From the IMG/VR virus record IMGVR_UViG_3300034190_001683, positions 1-60,243 of that record: a stretch of 60,243 bases of DNA; one strand, written 5' to 3'. Below the pieces are notes generated by a model. It searched no databases. It worked only from the letters and a program-made list of their open reading frames with translations, and was not told the DNA's origin. How positions within the stretch are numbered: position 1 is the first letter of the stretch; each line of letters opens with the position of its first letter. Of the stretch, positions 58,449 through 60,243 are shown piece after piece. The translations under genes were made by a program, and so were the position numbers. Source of the DNA: a virus (Duplodnaviria; Caudoviricetes).

Positions 58449-58919
58449 ATGGGTACAACTACCTTTTCTGGTCCAGTTAAGGCCGGAACAATCAAAGACA
58501 CAACAGGCACGACTGTAGGAACTGACGTAAATAACGTTGGTTTTGTACTAATGGCTCAGTCAGCAGTAATTGATATTACTGGCACGACCGCTACAACCAC
58601 AGTTGGTGTTATCCCAGCAAATTCTAAAATTACAGAAGTGATGTTAAACGTTGTGGAAGCTTCAAACTCCCCTTCAGCAGCTACGGTTTCAGTAGGGTTT
58701 TCAGGAGCAACAACAGCTTTATTAAACGGGACAAACGCTAAAGCCGCAGCTTTAACATACAGCACAGGTATGGCTACCGCTTCTATTAATATAGGAACTG
58801 TTGATCGCACGGTAATCGCTACATTTAATCCAATAGCCACGGCAACTGGAACAGAGGGCATTGCTGACGTAACTGTTAAATATTTACAAGATACTAATCT
58901 AGACGTAACCGATTCTTAA
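58449..58919 (+). CDS. Putative virion structural/decoration protein
   Basis: MGTTTFSGPV N-terminus; IPANS.I; T/A/G-rich. Confidence 0.65.
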   Translation: MGTTTFSGPVKAGTIKDTTGTTVGTDVNNVGFVLMAQSAVIDITGTTATTTVGVIPANSKITEVMLNVVEASNSPSAATVSVGFSGATTALLNGTNAKAAALTYSTGMATASINIGTVDRTVIATFNPIATATGTEGIADVTVKYLQDTNLDVTDS

Positions 58920-58930
58920 AGGAGTAAGAC

Positions 58931-59236
58931 ATGAGTTTTGCATCTGACGTAAAAGCTCTTACTACAAAGGATACGGGTCAAAAGATTAGTGGTAGAACCA
59001 GAATACAAGGTATTCAGTATGTGCATAACGCTAGTGCTGATATAACTCTCAGCAATGGTGATACTGCTACGGGAACTACCTTACTACAATTAACTTCTTC
59101 TAGTGCGATTGGCACGGAAGATGTTTTCATACCTGATAACGGTATATTGTTTGATTCTGGTATGCACTTAACTAACAGCAATACTGCTGCAATAACCAGC
59201 GTAACCGTATTCTATGTAGGTGGCGGCGAGACCTAA
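58931..59236 (+). CDS. Putative small virion protein
   Basis: Beta-rich; IPDNGILF; AAGGAG RBS. Confidence 0.65.
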   Translation: MSFASDVKALTTKDTGQKISGRTRIQGIQYVHNASADITLSNGDTATGTTLLQLTSSSAIGTEDVFIPDNGILFDSGMHLTNSNTAAITSVTVFYVGGGET

Positions 59237-59238
59237 TA

Positions 59239-59538
59239 ATGGTCGAGAAGAAAAAACGAAAAGGAATGGGGATTAAAACCTCTGTGAAGTCGGGTAATTT
59301 TCGCCCGACTAAACAAGGTGCGGGCATGACTAAAAAAGGTGTGGCTGCATACCGCAGAGCTAATCCCGGTTCTAAATTAAAAACTGCTGTTACAGGTAAA
59401 GTTAAAAAAGGTTCTAAAGACGCAAAAAGGCGTAAGTCATTCTGCGCTCGTTCTGCAGGACAAATGAAACAATTCCCCAAAGCAGCAAAAGACCCTAATA
59501 GCCGTTTACGGCAAGCTAGAAGAAGGTGGAAGTGTTAA
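59239..59538 (+). CDS. Small basic protein (GMTKKG...NPGSKLK...RRKSFCARS; DUF6321-like, tentative)
   Basis: Very K/R-rich; motif recalled from marine phages. Confidence 0.75.
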   Translation: MVEKKKRKGMGIKTSVKSGNFRPTKQGAGMTKKGVAAYRRANPGSKLKTAVTGKVKKGSKDAKRRKSFCARSAGQMKQFPKAAKDPNSRLRQARRRWKC

Positions 59539-59801
59539 TGGAAAAAGAAGAGATACAGAAAATCTTCAGAGGTGATATTAAAAGTGAAGTTGCTGTTCAG
59601 GCAAATGAGATAAAACACCTTCATTCTGACGTAGAGGATATGAAAGCTGATATAGAAGAAATTAAAAAATCTCTTGCAGAGATTCACAAAGTATTATCAG
59701 AGGCTAGGGGTGGTTGGAAAACATTGATGTGGGCAGCAGGCGCAGGAAGCGCTGTAACTGCTTTTATTATTGCAATACAACAAATTTTTTGGGGAAAGTA
59801 A
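59538..59801 (+). CDS. Coiled-coil protein with one C-terminal TM helix
   Basis: TAATG coupling on both sides; its 3' part is repeated at 1-137. Confidence 0.7.
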   Translation: MEKEEIQKIFRGDIKSEVAVQANEIKHLHSDVEDMKADIEEIKKSLAEIHKVLSEARGGWKTLMWAAGAGSAVTAFIIAIQQIFWGK

Positions 59802-60190
59802 TGAATCAAAAAGAAAAAAAACGTCTTTTAAGTGTTGACGCTATACCCGCTGCAGGAAAGATGGATGAGTTTATAGAAAAAAGAATGCAAGCAAAATTCC
59901 CAAAGCTGTACCCTGATGATGAAGCAAAGAAAACAATGTCAAAAAAAGACAAGGCTGAGATTGATGCTTTTATGAAACGTTATGAAAAAGATAAAGATCT
60001 TACAGATGAGTTTAAGAAAAAAATTAGGGGGGAATTAGAAGACGGCTATGCACGGGTTAGAGGTAAATCAAAAGCTCAAAGTGGAGGCATGAAAGCCGGA
60101 GGTAAAGTAAAAGCTAAGAAAAAAACAACCAGAAAATTTAGAGGTGATGGTATTGTTAAAAAAGGCAAGACTAAATGTAAGATGAGATAA
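59801..60190 (+). CDS. Basic hypothetical protein, allele B
   Basis: Same position and C-terminus (MKAGGKV...RGDGIVKKGKTKCKMR) as 137-667. Confidence 0.8.
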   Translation: MNQKEKKRLLSVDAIPAAGKMDEFIEKRMQAKFPKLYPDDEAKKTMSKKDKAEIDAFMKRYEKDKDLTDEFKKKIRGELEDGYARVRGKSKAQSGGMKAGGKVKAKKKTTRKFRGDGIVKKGKTKCKMR

Positions 60191-60243
60191 AGGAGGTTTA
60201 GGGTGGCATATTTAATTAGTAACATTCCGTATACAAAGGTTTG

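Noticed and set aside
1-60243. tRNA genes, integrase, diversity-generating retroelement, stop-codon recoding
   Set aside because: I saw no cloverleaf, recombinase or reverse-transcriptase motifs, and genes are intact in the standard code. This was judged by eye only.

Overview
This window looks like an essentially complete, circularly permuted genome (about 59.5-59.7 kb) of an AT-rich tailed dsDNA phage with podovirus-like organisation. The rightward arm (49.3 kb to the end, continuing at 1 to 26.2 kb) encodes terminase, portal, GroES-like protein, scaffold, major capsid, a cluster of small K/R-rich proteins, neck/tail proteins, a LamG-repeat fibre, holin, M15 endolysin and large internal/ejection proteins. 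The leftward arm (49.0 to 26.3 kb) encodes early genes (AAA ATPase, metallopeptidase-vWA and many small ORFs) and then replication genes (family A polymerase, PD-(D/E)XK nuclease, SNF2 helicase, SSB-like protein, primase-helicase). I recognised no integrase, tRNA, CRISPR array or reverse transcriptase. The two window ends carry two different alleles of the same locus. The most unusual signals are: (1) a candidate ~110-nt sRNA at the convergence of the two arms whose apical loop is complementary to the AAGGAGAG ribosome-binding site used by ten leftward genes but not by the late genes I inspected; (2) seven copies of an 18/19-bp perfect palindrome confined to the early control region; (3) a ~550-nt non-coding leader with promoter, boxA and long-range pairings; (4) a family of virion-module proteins sharing hydrophobic-x-x-GG and RGxGxAxKG motifs next to a Cys/His-rich orphan protein. 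All product calls come from motif recognition by eye, not database searches.
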